Translations under genes and position numbers: made by a program
Shown: one piece after another, positions 9,858-18,409 of the stretch
How the letters are laid out: every line of letters starts with the position of its first letter
Position numbering within the stretch: the stretch's first letter is position 1
Notes under the pieces: model-generated
The model's database searches: none
What the model was told of the DNA's origin: nothing
Seen by the model: only the letters and a program-made list of their open reading frames with translations
Origin: Thermotogota bacterium
GTDB taxonomy: Bacteria > Hydrothermota > Hydrothermia > LBFQ01
Direction of reading: 5' to 3'
DNA: 64,000 nt
Assembly (NCBI GenBank): GCA_013154295.1
Contig: JAADCS010000168.1
Location: forward strand, 3,141-67,140

Positions 9858-12422
9858 TTACTGGGGCAACTTCTTGAGCAAGTCCTTCATTTGCTGGGCC
9901 TCGGTAGCCCTACCTTGCTGCTCGTAAAGGTCGGCCGCTTGACGCAAAGCGCTAGCGGCGTTTCTTACATCACCTAACTCTATGTACGCGGCACCCATTA
10001 TACGGTAGGCATCAGGTGCCTTTTGGCTGTTGGGGAACCTCTTGACAAACTCCTTGGCCGTTTCTATCGCCTGCGGGTACTCTTTAACCATCAGGTAAGC
10101 CGAGGCGAGGTAATATACAACATCCTCTATGTGCTGCCCCTCCGGGAAGAAGTCCTTGTACTTCTTAAAGGCTTCTATAGCCTCGCGAGCCTTCTTGTTT
10201 TTGAGGTAAAGGGATCCAGCGTAGAAGAGGGCCTCTTCGGCCTTGGTACTCTTAGGATACGTGTTACCCATCCGGAAGAAGATGTCAGCCGCCTTCAATT
10301 CGTCCCCAGCCTGCATGGCATCGGCCGCCGCCTTGTAAAGGGCAAGGGCTGCTATCTCGCTGTTGGGAAGCTTCTCGGTCATCTCTGTTAACCTCTCAGG
10401 ATTCTCCTCAACGATCTTGAAGTAGACACGCTCCAAACCTTTCTTGGCGCTTACGGCTTCATCCGTGTTAGGGAATTGGGACAGGATGGTTTCGTACTCC
10501 TGACGGGCTTCATCCCAAGCCTGCTTACCCTCGTAGCTCTCGGCTATCCACAAATGGGCCTGAGGTACCCCCTCGTGGTCTGGGCATCTTTCCAAGAACC
10601 AGCGCAGGCGGGCTATGGCGTTATCCCACTCTCCGGCCATTCTGTAGATCTGGCCAGCGTTGTAGGCGGCTTCACAGGCTTTGGGTTGATCCGGGTATTT
10701 TTGCATCGTCAGATCCCAGTTGCGCACGGCGTCACCGTAAGAGTTGAGGGCCCGAGCGGCATAACCGGAGTAGTAAAGCGCTTCGGAAGCCACCTCTGCC
10801 CTGTCGGGAGCGAAGACGTATATACCATAAAACTTGGCGAAGGCATCCTGATATTGACCCAGGTTAAACAGTACGACCCCCAAACCCAGGTGGGTAGCTA
10901 TAACCACCGACGTATCCGTGGATTGTCCCATTATGGACTCCAAGTAGGCCTTGGCATCCTGCAGCCTATCCTGATGCACATAGACCCAACCTAGACCGAG
11001 ACGCGAGAGTACTATTATGTCACGATGGAGACCCGCCCGCAGGTTCATGTTGTAAAGCCTTTCAGCGTTGGCGTAGTCACCCTTGTAGTAATGGGCTTCG
11101 GCCAGGGCATGAACGAACCAAGAGTTCCACAGCGTGAAGGCCGTGTCCTGGGAGACTTCTTCGTTATATAAGTTTCCACGGGCCATGGCGGCGTCAAACT
11201 CGCGCTGGTTTATAAGAGCGAAGACCATAAGAGCCATGGCAGGACGACGGAAGAAGGACTTCTCGTAGTTCTCAATCAGGAACTGGTACTGCTCCATGGC
11301 CTCAGGATATTTCTTTAATAGGTAATGGATGGAGCCGGTGAGATACTCGCTTATACCCTTTTCCTCGTCCCCAAGGGGGAAAGAGGAGAGCTGACTGGCC
11401 AACAGATAAGCGTTAGAGGTATCTCCCTTGTAGTAGTAGGCTTCGGCCATACGCAGGAAGGATATGAAGGTAACCACGTTGTCGTTGGCACGGGCACGGG
11501 CGATCTGGTAGTAACGGAGAGCCTCATCGTAGTTCTTCAGGGCCATCTGGATGTTGCCTACGAAGTAGGCAGCCAGACCGGCCAACTCAAAGTTGCGCTT
11601 CTTGGTAAGAAGGGTTAGCTTTTCCAAAGCTTGCGGCAGAAGTGTAGTATCCTGCTCACCTCCCTCACCCAAGGCCATACGATAAAGGGATATTCCCCAG
11701 TAGTATTGGACGTAGTCGGAAAGCTTATGGCCGTGGAATCGTTCGGTGAAGACCTTAGCCAGTTCGGCTGTAGCTTTGTAGTCACCGTACATGAAGTTGG
11801 CCTCCACCATACCATAGTATATGAGAGCTTCCTGCGGGGTGCCCGCGTACTCCTCCAAAAGTTCCTTGTAGATGGCCACGGCGTCCAAAGGGCGCTTGAG
11901 AATGGAGAGGGAACGGGCGTAGTAGAATTTGGCCTCTACCACATCGTCTTTAGCTTGCGCCAGCTTTTCGGAGGCCTCAAGGTACTTACCCTCGCGGTAG
12001 GCTATAACACCGTCAAGGAACTTGGTACGTGGGGAGTTCTTATAATAGGGATACTTCTGTAACTGCAGAAGTTTCTGTTTGGCCAGTTCCCTATCACCCT
12101 TTATGGCATAGGCTAAAGCGACCTCGTAGGCTATCTCCTGCTCCAAGTAGGTTCCTTTAACGTCCTTCTCCTTGGCCAGTTTCTCCCACTCTCTTATGGC
12201 TTTATCAAACTGCCCCTGGTTGTAAAGGGCTTCGGCTATGCGGTACCTAACCTCCTTACCGAATCCGAACTTATACGCGGGACGCAGTATCTTGCGGTAT
12301 ATTCTCTCCGCTTTGCGGTAATCCCCCTTACGGAAGAGCTCCTCCGCATCCTTATGCGCCCTGTAAAAGTCTTTGTAAGTGAAACCACCTCCAAAGAGGC
12401 CTGCTACCAAAAGCGTTAACAT
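9858..12422 (-). CDS. large tetratricopeptide-repeat protein (YbgF/CpoB-like repeats)
   Basis: 854 aa made almost entirely of TPR-like 34-mers (A..Y..G.Y..A...F). Short hydrophobic N-terminus MLTLLVAGLFGGG. GGAGG SD 9 nt upstream. Confidence 0.8.
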   Translation of the reverse strand: MLTLLVAGLFGGGFTYKDFYRAHKDAEELFRKGDYRKAERIYRKILRPAYKFGFGKEVRYRIAEALYNQGQFDKAIREWEKLAKEKDVKGTYLEQEIAYEVALAYAIKGDRELAKQKLLQLQKYPYYKNSPRTKFLDGVIAYREGKYLEASEKLAQAKDDVVEAKFYYARSLSILKRPLDAVAIYKELLEEYAGTPQEALIYYGMVEANFMYGDYKATAELAKVFTERFHGHKLSDYVQYYWGISLYRMALGEGGEQDTTLLPQALEKLTLLTKKRNFELAGLAAYFVGNIQMALKNYDEALRYYQIARARANDNVVTFISFLRMAEAYYYKGDTSNAYLLASQLSSFPLGDEEKGISEYLTGSIHYLLKKYPEAMEQYQFLIENYEKSFFRRPAMALMVFALINQREFDAAMARGNLYNEEVSQDTAFTLWNSWFVHALAEAHYYKGDYANAERLYNMNLRAGLHRDIIVLSRLGLGWVYVHQDRLQDAKAYLESIMGQSTDTSVVIATHLGLGVVLFNLGQYQDAFAKFYGIYVFAPDRAEVASEALYYSGYAARALNSYGDAVRNWDLTMQKYPDQPKACEAAYNAGQIYRMAGEWDNAIARLRWFLERCPDHEGVPQAHLWIAESYEGKQAWDEARQEYETILSQFPNTDEAVSAKKGLERVYFKIVEENPERLTEMTEKLPNSEIAALALYKAAADAMQAGDELKAADIFFRMGNTYPKSTKAEEALFYAGSLYLKNKKAREAIEAFKKYKDFFPEGQHIEDVVYYLASAYLMVKEYPQAIETAKEFVKRFPNSQKAPDAYRIMGAAYIELGDVRNAASALRQAADLYEQQGRATEAQQMKDLLKKLPQ

Positions 12423-12423
12423 C

Positions 12424-13680
12424 TTACCATACCTCCCTTCTCTTTACAGTTACCAGATAGCCTCCCCTCTCGTACTCCTCGCCGCTTATATCCACGACCT
12501 TGTAATAGTAGTAGTAGTTTCCGGGAGGAACTATACGGCCGGCTTCATCACGGCCGTCCCACTCTATACGTATGGGCGGCTCCCCCTCCCCGTAGAAAGT
12601 GCGCACCACTTCTCCGCTCTGCTTCTTGATTATCAACTCCCACTCTTCAACCTCCTGGCGAGGGAAGGTGTGGAGGTAGAGGAAGGTGATGTTGCTCTCC
12701 CCCTCGGCCGGAGATATGAGCTTGGGGTCGGAAGAGACCCATACCCTGTAACCTCCGAACTTTATAGTAGTGGAGAACTGCATGTAGTCATCGAATGCAC
12801 TGTTGGATGCGTAGTTAAAGGTATAGTTCCCGTCTATGCGGAAGATGATATCTCGTATGGTAAACTCAAAGCTACCTCCACCGGTGACTTCGTCGTTGTT
12901 TATACCGCCACGGGCGTACAGGAACGAGAGCAATCGCGCCTCCCCACCACCGTAAAACTTGAAACCGTTGTAATAGGTGGAATAGGCAGCATCCACCACG
13001 ATCTTTATCCAGTTAAAGGGACGCAATCCCAAACCGAATCGCCAGATCTGCGGGTAGGAAACGGAGCTGTTATAGAAGGTGTACTTGGGAGGTATAAAGT
13101 GTTGCCCCACGAGTCCGAAGGAGAAATAGCGGTTGGGTCTGAACATCATCCCTATGTTCAAGCCAGCGCTAGCAGGTGAAGACTGATATACACGGTGATA
13201 AACGAATTCCAGAGAGGCACCTATAGATATGGCGTTGGAGAAGGATTTGGAATAGGCCAGTATGCCAGCGTTGTAGGGAGGAGAGTCGTCGTTGTTGGGA
13301 TATATTCCATAACCCTCGATGGAATCAAGGCAAACTGGACCATCGTTGTTGCTGCATACCAACGAATCCACGAAGCGCGCGAAGGGTGGAGAGGAAAGCT
13401 GCATGACGGTTATACCGAAGCTTCCAAAGGTGGACGTGGGAAATACGAAGGCGGCGTAATAGTATTGGAAACCTGTTACGGGCAACTGGAAGTATCCGCC
13501 AGTGAAAATCCTACGCTGCAAAAAGGCCATGGCTCCGGGGTTGAAGTAAACGGCCTCGGCATCGTCGGCGAGGCCTGTAAAGGCCCTACCGAATCCGTAG
13601 GGTCGGGCACCGATGGCATAGGAGTAAATGTAACCCGGTATTCCACCGGTGCCCATTTGAGCAAGCAGGAGCAATGTCAT
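12424..13680 (-). CDS. outer-membrane beta-barrel protein (PorV/FadL-like N-terminal motif) fused to C-terminal FlgD-Ig-like domain
   Basis: GARPYGFGRAFTGLADDAEAVYFNPGAMAF motif and alternating aromatic/Gly beta-strand pattern. C-terminus WELIIKKQSGEVVRTFYGEG...IEWDGRDEAGRIVPPGNYYYYYKVVD. Confidence 0.6.
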   Translation of the reverse strand: MTLLLLAQMGTGGIPGYIYSYAIGARPYGFGRAFTGLADDAEAVYFNPGAMAFLQRRIFTGGYFQLPVTGFQYYYAAFVFPTSTFGSFGITVMQLSSPPFARFVDSLVCSNNDGPVCLDSIEGYGIYPNNDDSPPYNAGILAYSKSFSNAISIGASLEFVYHRVYQSSPASAGLNIGMMFRPNRYFSFGLVGQHFIPPKYTFYNSSVSYPQIWRFGLGLRPFNWIKIVVDAAYSTYYNGFKFYGGGEARLLSFLYARGGINNDEVTGGGSFEFTIRDIIFRIDGNYTFNYASNSAFDDYMQFSTTIKFGGYRVWVSSDPKLISPAEGESNITFLYLHTFPRQEVEEWELIIKKQSGEVVRTFYGEGEPPIRIEWDGRDEAGRIVPPGNYYYYYKVVDISGEEYERGGYLVTVKRREVW

Positions 13681-13686
13681 CTTCTC

Positions 13687-14232
13687 TTACCTCGCTCTTG
13701 GTGGTACCTTTACGAGAACGTACTGCTGCCGCGCGACCCCACCCAAAGAGCCACCGGCCGGACGCCGGAGTATAGCCAGATAGACCCCAGGACTAACCGG
13801 TTTACCGGCGGAGTTGTAACCGTACCAAGTGTAGGTACATTCACGTACGTGGGGATCGCTGACATCTCTAGGCGCGTCTTTGGGGTATTCAAGTCTCCTA
13901 ACCAGAATTCCAAAGGGGTCGTATATCTCTATAACATCACCAGGTTGAGTCTTATAGAAAACCGCTGGACGTGTGTTTCCTCTGGTATCCAGTGCCACCA
14001 CACTTGGAAAGGCGAAGGCGTAGTAGTCGTTACCTAACTCTCCCAGATTCAAGGCGTCCTTGCTGGGAATGTTCTTGGGCCATACATCGCTACAAGAGCC
14101 CGTCTCCGGACCCTCCTGGGCGTGCAGCGTTCCCACCACGCCCACCAGAATCGCCAAAATCAAGGTCTTCACCAAACCCTTCATTTTCAACGGGTATTTT
14201 AAGGCTTGAAATTGCATCGTTGTCCTCCTCAT
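13687..14232 (-). CDS. secreted FlgD-Ig / T9SS-CTD-like domain protein (start ambiguous: 14232, 14217 or 14184)
   Basis: Signal peptide MKGLVKTLILAILVGVVGTLHAQ. VIEIYDPFGILVRRLEY...TYTWYGYNSAGKPVSPGVYLAILR. AGGAGG lies 6 nt before ATG 14217. Confidence 0.5.
   Translation of the reverse strand: MRRTTMQFQALKYPLKMKGLVKTLILAILVGVVGTLHAQEGPETGSCSDVWPKNIPSKDALNLGELGNDYYAFAFPSVVALDTRGNTRPAVFYKTQPGDVIEIYDPFGILVRRLEYPKDAPRDVSDPHVRECTYTWYGYNSAGKPVSPGVYLAILRRPAGGSLGGVARQQYVLVKVPPRAR
14196..14201 (-). promoter_or_regulatory. possible internal -10 box
   Basis: The minus strand reads CCTTAAAATACCC, 11 nt before ATG 14184. Confidence 0.3.
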
Positions 14233-14741
14233 TTTAACAGCACGTTTTTCTTGAAATCCTCGTACTTTCCCTTCTCACCCAACTTCCCCTCCAACTCCAG
14301 TACGAGTTTTTCCAACTCCTTGTAGTAGGGCGACCCTTCCTTCACGGGCCTTATCTGATATTCGTTGTCCCATGGGCGGGGTCCCAACACTTTTAAGATC
14401 CCTTGTACCTTTATATAGTTCAGCGTATCACCTTCAACCTTACCTACGTAAGCAGTTACCTTCATCTGGGCATCCTTTACCCCCTCCAGGACGTATACAC
14501 AACAGGATACACCCTTTTTTACCCTCTTCCAATCGGTTTCAACTATCCCCTCATCGGGGGAAAAGGTGGCGACAGCGTAACCGTTACTGTACAGGACATC
14601 CTTAAAGGCCTCTATTATGGAATCGCGGCTGGCCTTGAATCTAACCTCTATAAGATCGGGATAACCTGCCTTTGGAGGGAGGGTAGAACACGCTCCCAAG
14701 AGGAGCGAAACACCTAACCCTACCAACGTTAACCTATGCAT
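14229..14741 (-). CDS. lipoprotein of unknown function
   Basis: Lipobox LLLGAC at residues 13-18. 170 aa. EGIVETDWKRV is faintly BamC-like. First gene of the 12.6 kb minus-strand block. Confidence 0.6.
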   Translation of the reverse strand: MHRLTLVGLGVSLLLGACSTLPPKAGYPDLIEVRFKASRDSIIEAFKDVLYSNGYAVATFSPDEGIVETDWKRVKKGVSCCVYVLEGVKDAQMKVTAYVGKVEGDTLNYIKVQGILKVLGPRPWDNEYQIRPVKEGSPYYKELEKLVLELEGKLGEKGKYEDFKKNVLLK

Positions 14742-14749
14742 AGAAGGGT

Positions 14750-14755
14750 ATTATA
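14750..14755 (-). promoter_or_regulatory. -10 box, leaderless-type promoter of the Tol/Ton-like block
   Basis: The minus strand reads GTTGTATAATACCCTTCT-ATG (8 nt spacer to ATG 14741). No SD. Confidence 0.5.
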
Positions 14756-14893
14756 CAACCGTAGAGTGGGGATGTGTATGTAACCTTGCACATGGCATTT
14801 CGTGTTGGCGATTTTCCAACGTTGAAATGTGGGGAGTGTTATCATTCCGCCTTTTAAATTTCAAAGGTGTCACTTCCATCGGATACTTAAACG

Positions 14894-14916
14894 AAAAAAA
14901 GGGGGGAATACCCCCC
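14894..14916 (-). terminator. intrinsic terminator downstream of mdh
   Basis: The minus strand reads GGGGGG-TATT-CCCCCC-TTTTTTT, 24 nt after the mdh stop. Confidence 0.75.
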
Positions 14917-14939
14917 TTCCAAATTATCGTTGGGTTCGG

Positions 14940-15869
14940 CTACTTCAAAAGGTCGTCCACCTGCTCCTGGAGTTTCTTCACGTGTTCAGCACTGCGCTTT
15001 AGGGCATCCAGCTCTTCGTCTGTGAGATCCACAACCAAGATCTTCCTTACACCGGTGCCTCCGAGCACTATAGGAACACCCACGAAAACGTCGTTTATGC
15101 CGTACTCACCCTGCAGATAGACGGAGGCGGGTAGGACCCTGTTGGTGTCCAGAAGGACGGCCTCGGCCATAAGACCGGCCGCATCTCCGGGAGCGAACCA
15201 GGCGCTGGTGCCCATAAGCCCTACTATCTCACCACCCGCTTTCTGGGTGCGCTTGATGATCTCCTTCATCCTCTCCTCACTTATGAACTGGGTAGCGGGC
15301 AGACCGTTTATGGATGTGAAGCGCATCACGGGAACCATGAGATCGCCGTGCGTTCCGAGGACCATGGCCCTAACGTCGGCGGCTGAAACGCCCAGCTCCA
15401 TCGCTATGAAGGCGGCGAAGCGGGAGGAGTCCAGAAGCCCCGCCATACCCATAACCCTCTCGCGAGGGAAACCGGTCACCTTGTAGGCCGTATATACCAT
15501 GGCGTCCAGAGGATTGGTTACGACTATGACCACGGCGTTGGGGGCGTACTTCTTCACATTCTCGGCGACGGAGGAGACGATGTCAAAGTTGACTTTCAGG
15601 AGCTCCTCGCGGGTCATACCGGGCTTTCTGGGACGACCGGCGGTGATTATAACCACGTCGCTGTCCTTGGCGAGCTCGTAATCCTTGGTGCCATAGACCA
15701 CCGTGGTAGAGGGGATTATGGGGCCGGAATGCCAGAGGTCAAGGGACTTACCCTTGGCTATACCTTCAGCTATATCCAGCAAAACAACCTCAGCGATACC
15801 CTTGTGGGCAAGGTACCTTGCAGCTTCACTTCCAACGTTGCCTGCACCTATGATGGTTACCTTTTTCAT
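14940..15869 (-). CDS. mdh: malate dehydrogenase (LDH-like MDH family)
   Basis: MKKVTIIGAGNVGS Rossmann motif. ITAGRPRKPGMTREELL has the Arg typical of MDH specificity. GTHGDLMVP. Confidence 0.9.
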   Translation of the reverse strand: MKKVTIIGAGNVGSEAARYLAHKGIAEVVLLDIAEGIAKGKSLDLWHSGPIIPSTTVVYGTKDYELAKDSDVVIITAGRPRKPGMTREELLKVNFDIVSSVAENVKKYAPNAVVIVVTNPLDAMVYTAYKVTGFPRERVMGMAGLLDSSRFAAFIAMELGVSAADVRAMVLGTHGDLMVPVMRFTSINGLPATQFISEERMKEIIKRTQKAGGEIVGLMGTSAWFAPGDAAGLMAEAVLLDTNRVLPASVYLQGEYGINDVFVGVPIVLGGTGVRKILVVDLTDEELDALKRSAEHVKKLQEQVDDLLK

Positions 15870-15877
15870 GAGGGGAT

Positions 15878-15883
15878 ATTGTA
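15878..15883 (-). promoter_or_regulatory. -10 box, leaderless-type promoter of mdh
   Basis: The minus strand reads CCTTACAATATCCCCTC-ATG (8 nt spacer). No SD. Confidence 0.5.
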
Positions 15884-15932
15884 AGGACGGTGACCTACAC
15901 CGATCTCTGCAAATATCGGAAAATGGTACCGT

Positions 15933-17633
15933 TTACCACCCCCCGCCACCTCCTCCTCCACCACCTCCACCCGAATATCCACCTCCTCCTCCGCTGCTGG
16001 AGAATCCCGACGAGGTTCCAGGAGGACGACTGGCGGAGGCTACGCTTTCGGATATGGATCTACTGAGACTCCCTACGAAACGGGAGTACATTCCGCGATG
16101 CAAGTATCCTCTGTAGGGTCCCTCGTACCATGCAGGTTCGTATCCTACAGCTTTTAGGTCCTTCGCAAACTTGCTAGCCCATGTATCGGCCACGTCCAAA
16201 GCCAAAGCGTAGGGTAGAAAGCGCTCGTATATGGTAGGAACGCTGTCTTTAGGAAAGAGAGCTTGCAGCCTATCCTTTTCGGCTGTTGTAAGAAACATGC
16301 GAAAACCCTCTATTTCATCCTGAATCCTACGTCCTTCTTTGGTAGGTGCCTTCATGTAATGACCGAAGAATACGTTTAAAATCACCAGTATGACGAGAGG
16401 AAGGACCAGATACAAAAGCGAAAATGGGAAATCTTCAAAGAGCATGGCCATAACGTTGTCTATACCCACCGGCGTTAGAGCCAAAACTACACCCACCACA
16501 CTGAAGATCCAACCTAAAGCCACGTAATTTCTATTCAACCTAAAGAGATGTCCCCAAAGTTTGATCAAGCTTAACTGCAAGTTATTGCGCACGTGTTTTA
16601 AAAACAACGAATACTCACCCCGTTTGATCCTATGATCTCTCATGGCCAAGAGCACGGCCTCATCTTTGGTCAGCTTTTCGTTCCCCTCTTTACCTATAAG
16701 GTAATAGGTATCCTCATCCTCTTGTACTATCCGCAGGTAGCCCTTCACGGCCAAGGAGATTAGGTTAGCCGTAAGGCAGGTGTCGTCGTATCCCATCTTT
16801 AGGACGTACCTAACGGCTGCCGGAGACATACCCTTGGGCGGATGAAAGAGGGGTATTATCGTTCCCTTGGGTGGATCTCTACCTACTCTAGCCCAAGCTA
16901 TCAAGTAGTACACAAGCACACCCAAGGTTAGAAGCCAAAGCAGTAGGATAGATATATTGTCGGTTAGGAACCATATCATCCGTTGCAAAAGGGATGGCTC
17001 CTTAACGTACCCCTTGGGCCAGCCAACGACGATCGTCAGGTTCTCTCCGGCCCTCAGGGGACGGGTAGTTGAGAACCTCACCTCCGAGTCTTTCACCTCC
17101 ACCCTGTAATCTCTGCCCCTTTCCCCGTAAAATCCAGTGTAAGCTTCGTACTTCAAGCTATCGGCCGGTATATTACCTGGCAGAACCACCGTCGCCACCA
17201 CCTCCCCCATGGGCAACTCCCAACCCGTTCCATTCACGTTCCAATAGAGCTCGTCGTGGTCTTTAAAAAAACCTATCTGCCTGTCCGTCTCATAAACTAT
17301 CCGGTAGGTGTGTGTGCCCGGCTCTAAGAACCTGTCCTTGCGACCTATATATACCCGTACGCCGTTTTGTAGTTTCTTGATGAACCAGTTTTCCGGTTTG
17401 CCGTCCCGTAGCACCTTCAAGATTCTGAACTTGACGCGAAATCGTTTTCCCTTCCAGCGATAGATAGTAGGAAATTCCCTGTATATTCCACGTTTTATTT
17501 GGGCGCCCGCGCTCTTTACGGTTATATCCTCCCGGACCCTCAGGCTGGCGTTTCTACGAACCTCAATCCGCTGATCAAAATTCAAGACACACTCATCGGT
17601 ACCAAAAGGGCATACAGCTATCAGCCAGAACAC
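15933..17633 (-). CDS. DUF2207-family membrane protein with poly-Gly C-terminal tail
   Basis: N-terminal extracytoplasmic domain, 3-4 central TMs, C-terminal SSGGGGGYSGGGGGGGGGGGW typical of DUF2207. GTG 17633 is preferred over TTG 17636 because of the -10 box spacing. Confidence 0.75.
   Translation of the reverse strand: MFWLIAVCPFGTDECVLNFDQRIEVRRNASLRVREDITVKSAGAQIKRGIYREFPTIYRWKGKRFRVKFRILKVLRDGKPENWFIKKLQNGVRVYIGRKDRFLEPGTHTYRIVYETDRQIGFFKDHDELYWNVNGTGWELPMGEVVATVVLPGNIPADSLKYEAYTGFYGERGRDYRVEVKDSEVRFSTTRPLRAGENLTIVVGWPKGYVKEPSLLQRMIWFLTDNISILLLWLLTLGVLVYYLIAWARVGRDPPKGTIIPLFHPPKGMSPAAVRYVLKMGYDDTCLTANLISLAVKGYLRIVQEDEDTYYLIGKEGNEKLTKDEAVLLAMRDHRIKRGEYSLFLKHVRNNLQLSLIKLWGHLFRLNRNYVALGWIFSVVGVVLALTPVGIDNVMAMLFEDFPFSLLYLVLPLVILVILNVFFGHYMKAPTKEGRRIQDEIEGFRMFLTTAEKDRLQALFPKDSVPTIYERFLPYALALDVADTWASKFAKDLKAVGYEPAWYEGPYRGYLHRGMYSRFVGSLSRSISESVASASRPPGTSSGFSSSGGGGGYSGGGGGGGGGGGW
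15936..15992 (-). repeat. CCN low-complexity tract encoding the poly-Gly tail
   Basis: The plus strand reads ccaccccccgccacctcctcctccaccacctccacc...acctcctcctcc. Confidence 0.8.
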
Positions 17634-17640
17634 CAAGGTT

Positions 17641-17646
17641 ATTCTA
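17641..17646 (-). promoter_or_regulatory. -10 box, leaderless-type promoter of the DUF2207 gene
   Basis: The minus strand reads CCGTAGAATAACCTTG-GTG (7 nt to GTG 17633). Confidence 0.45.
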
Positions 17647-17664
17647 CGGTGGGAACCTCCCCCT

Positions 17665-17670
17665 TAGAAT
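17665..17670 (+). promoter_or_regulatory. -10 box, promoter of the ABC transporter pair
   Basis: CCTTAGAATAGGGAGTTGAGAT-TTG. Short leader containing AGGGAG. Divergent to the 17641 box. Confidence 0.45.
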
Positions 17671-17683
17671 AGGGAGTTGAGAT

Positions 17684-18409
17684 TTGGAAAGGCTAAGGGT
17701 TGAGAATTTACATAAGTACTTTGGAAGAAATAAAGTCCTCAAAGGGGTAAGCTTTACGGTAGGGGAAGGTGAGATCATCGCCGTCTTGGGACCTAACGCC
17801 TCCGGTAAAAGTACGCTTATAAAATGCATTTTAGGGTTGGTCATACCGACAAAGGGTAGGATCTTCGTTATGGGTGAGGATGTACGAAAAGGTGTCGAGT
17901 ACAGAAGTAGAGTAGGATACATGCCACAAATAGCTCGTTTCCCGGAGAACCTGACGGTTGGGGAACTTTTATCTTTGGTTGAGGACGTTAGAGGAAGAAA
18001 AGCGAGTGCCGATAGGTATATAGAGCTGTTTTCGCTACAACCGTTTTTGGATAAACCTCTTGGTATTCTATCCGGTGGCACACGTCAGAAGGTAAACGCT
18101 ACGCTGTCTTTCATGTTTGACAACGACGTGTATATCCTAGATGAGCCTACGGTTGGGTTCGATCCTGTAGCAAGCACGCACTTCAAGGATGAAGTGCTGC
18201 ACTTGAGAGATTCAAGTAAAACCGTTCTATTCACCTCACATATCATGAGTGAGGTGGAGGAGTTAGCTGATAGAGTTATTTTTCTTTTAAATGGAGTTAT
18301 ACACTTTGATGGTTCCCCCCTACAACTTAAATCTAATACCGGCGAGCGCACACTGGAAAGAGCTATAGCCCGTCTCATGAGGGAGGTGGAGATTGAAAAC
18401 GGTTCTTAA
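17684..18409 (+). CDS. ABC transporter ATP-binding protein (NosF/ABC-2 type)
   Basis: Walker A GPNASGKST, signature LSGGTRQK, Walker B VYILDEPT. Confidence 0.9.
   Translation: MERLRVENLHKYFGRNKVLKGVSFTVGEGEIIAVLGPNASGKSTLIKCILGLVIPTKGRIFVMGEDVRKGVEYRSRVGYMPQIARFPENLTVGELLSLVEDVRGRKASADRYIELFSLQPFLDKPLGILSGGTRQKVNATLSFMFDNDVYILDEPTVGFDPVASTHFKDEVLHLRDSSKTVLFTSHIMSEVEELADRVIFLLNGVIHFDGSPLQLKSNTGERTLERAIARLMREVEIENGS

Noticed and set aside
12379-14037. Long antisense ORFs (12379..13179, 13195..14037). Similar cases are 10476..10994, 37353..37946, 17644..18081 and 36213..36686.
   Set aside because: They lie fully inside well-supported genes on the opposite strand. They have low-complexity or unprotein-like composition and no SD or -10 context. 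They are typical shadow ORFs of GC3-biased coding sequence.
14792-14857. A 21-codon ORF, MAFRVGDFPTLKCGECYHSAF, in the 198-nt intergenic region between the Tol-like block and mdh.
   Set aside because: It has no SD and no -10 box at the right distance. It is too short to evaluate and is probably chance.
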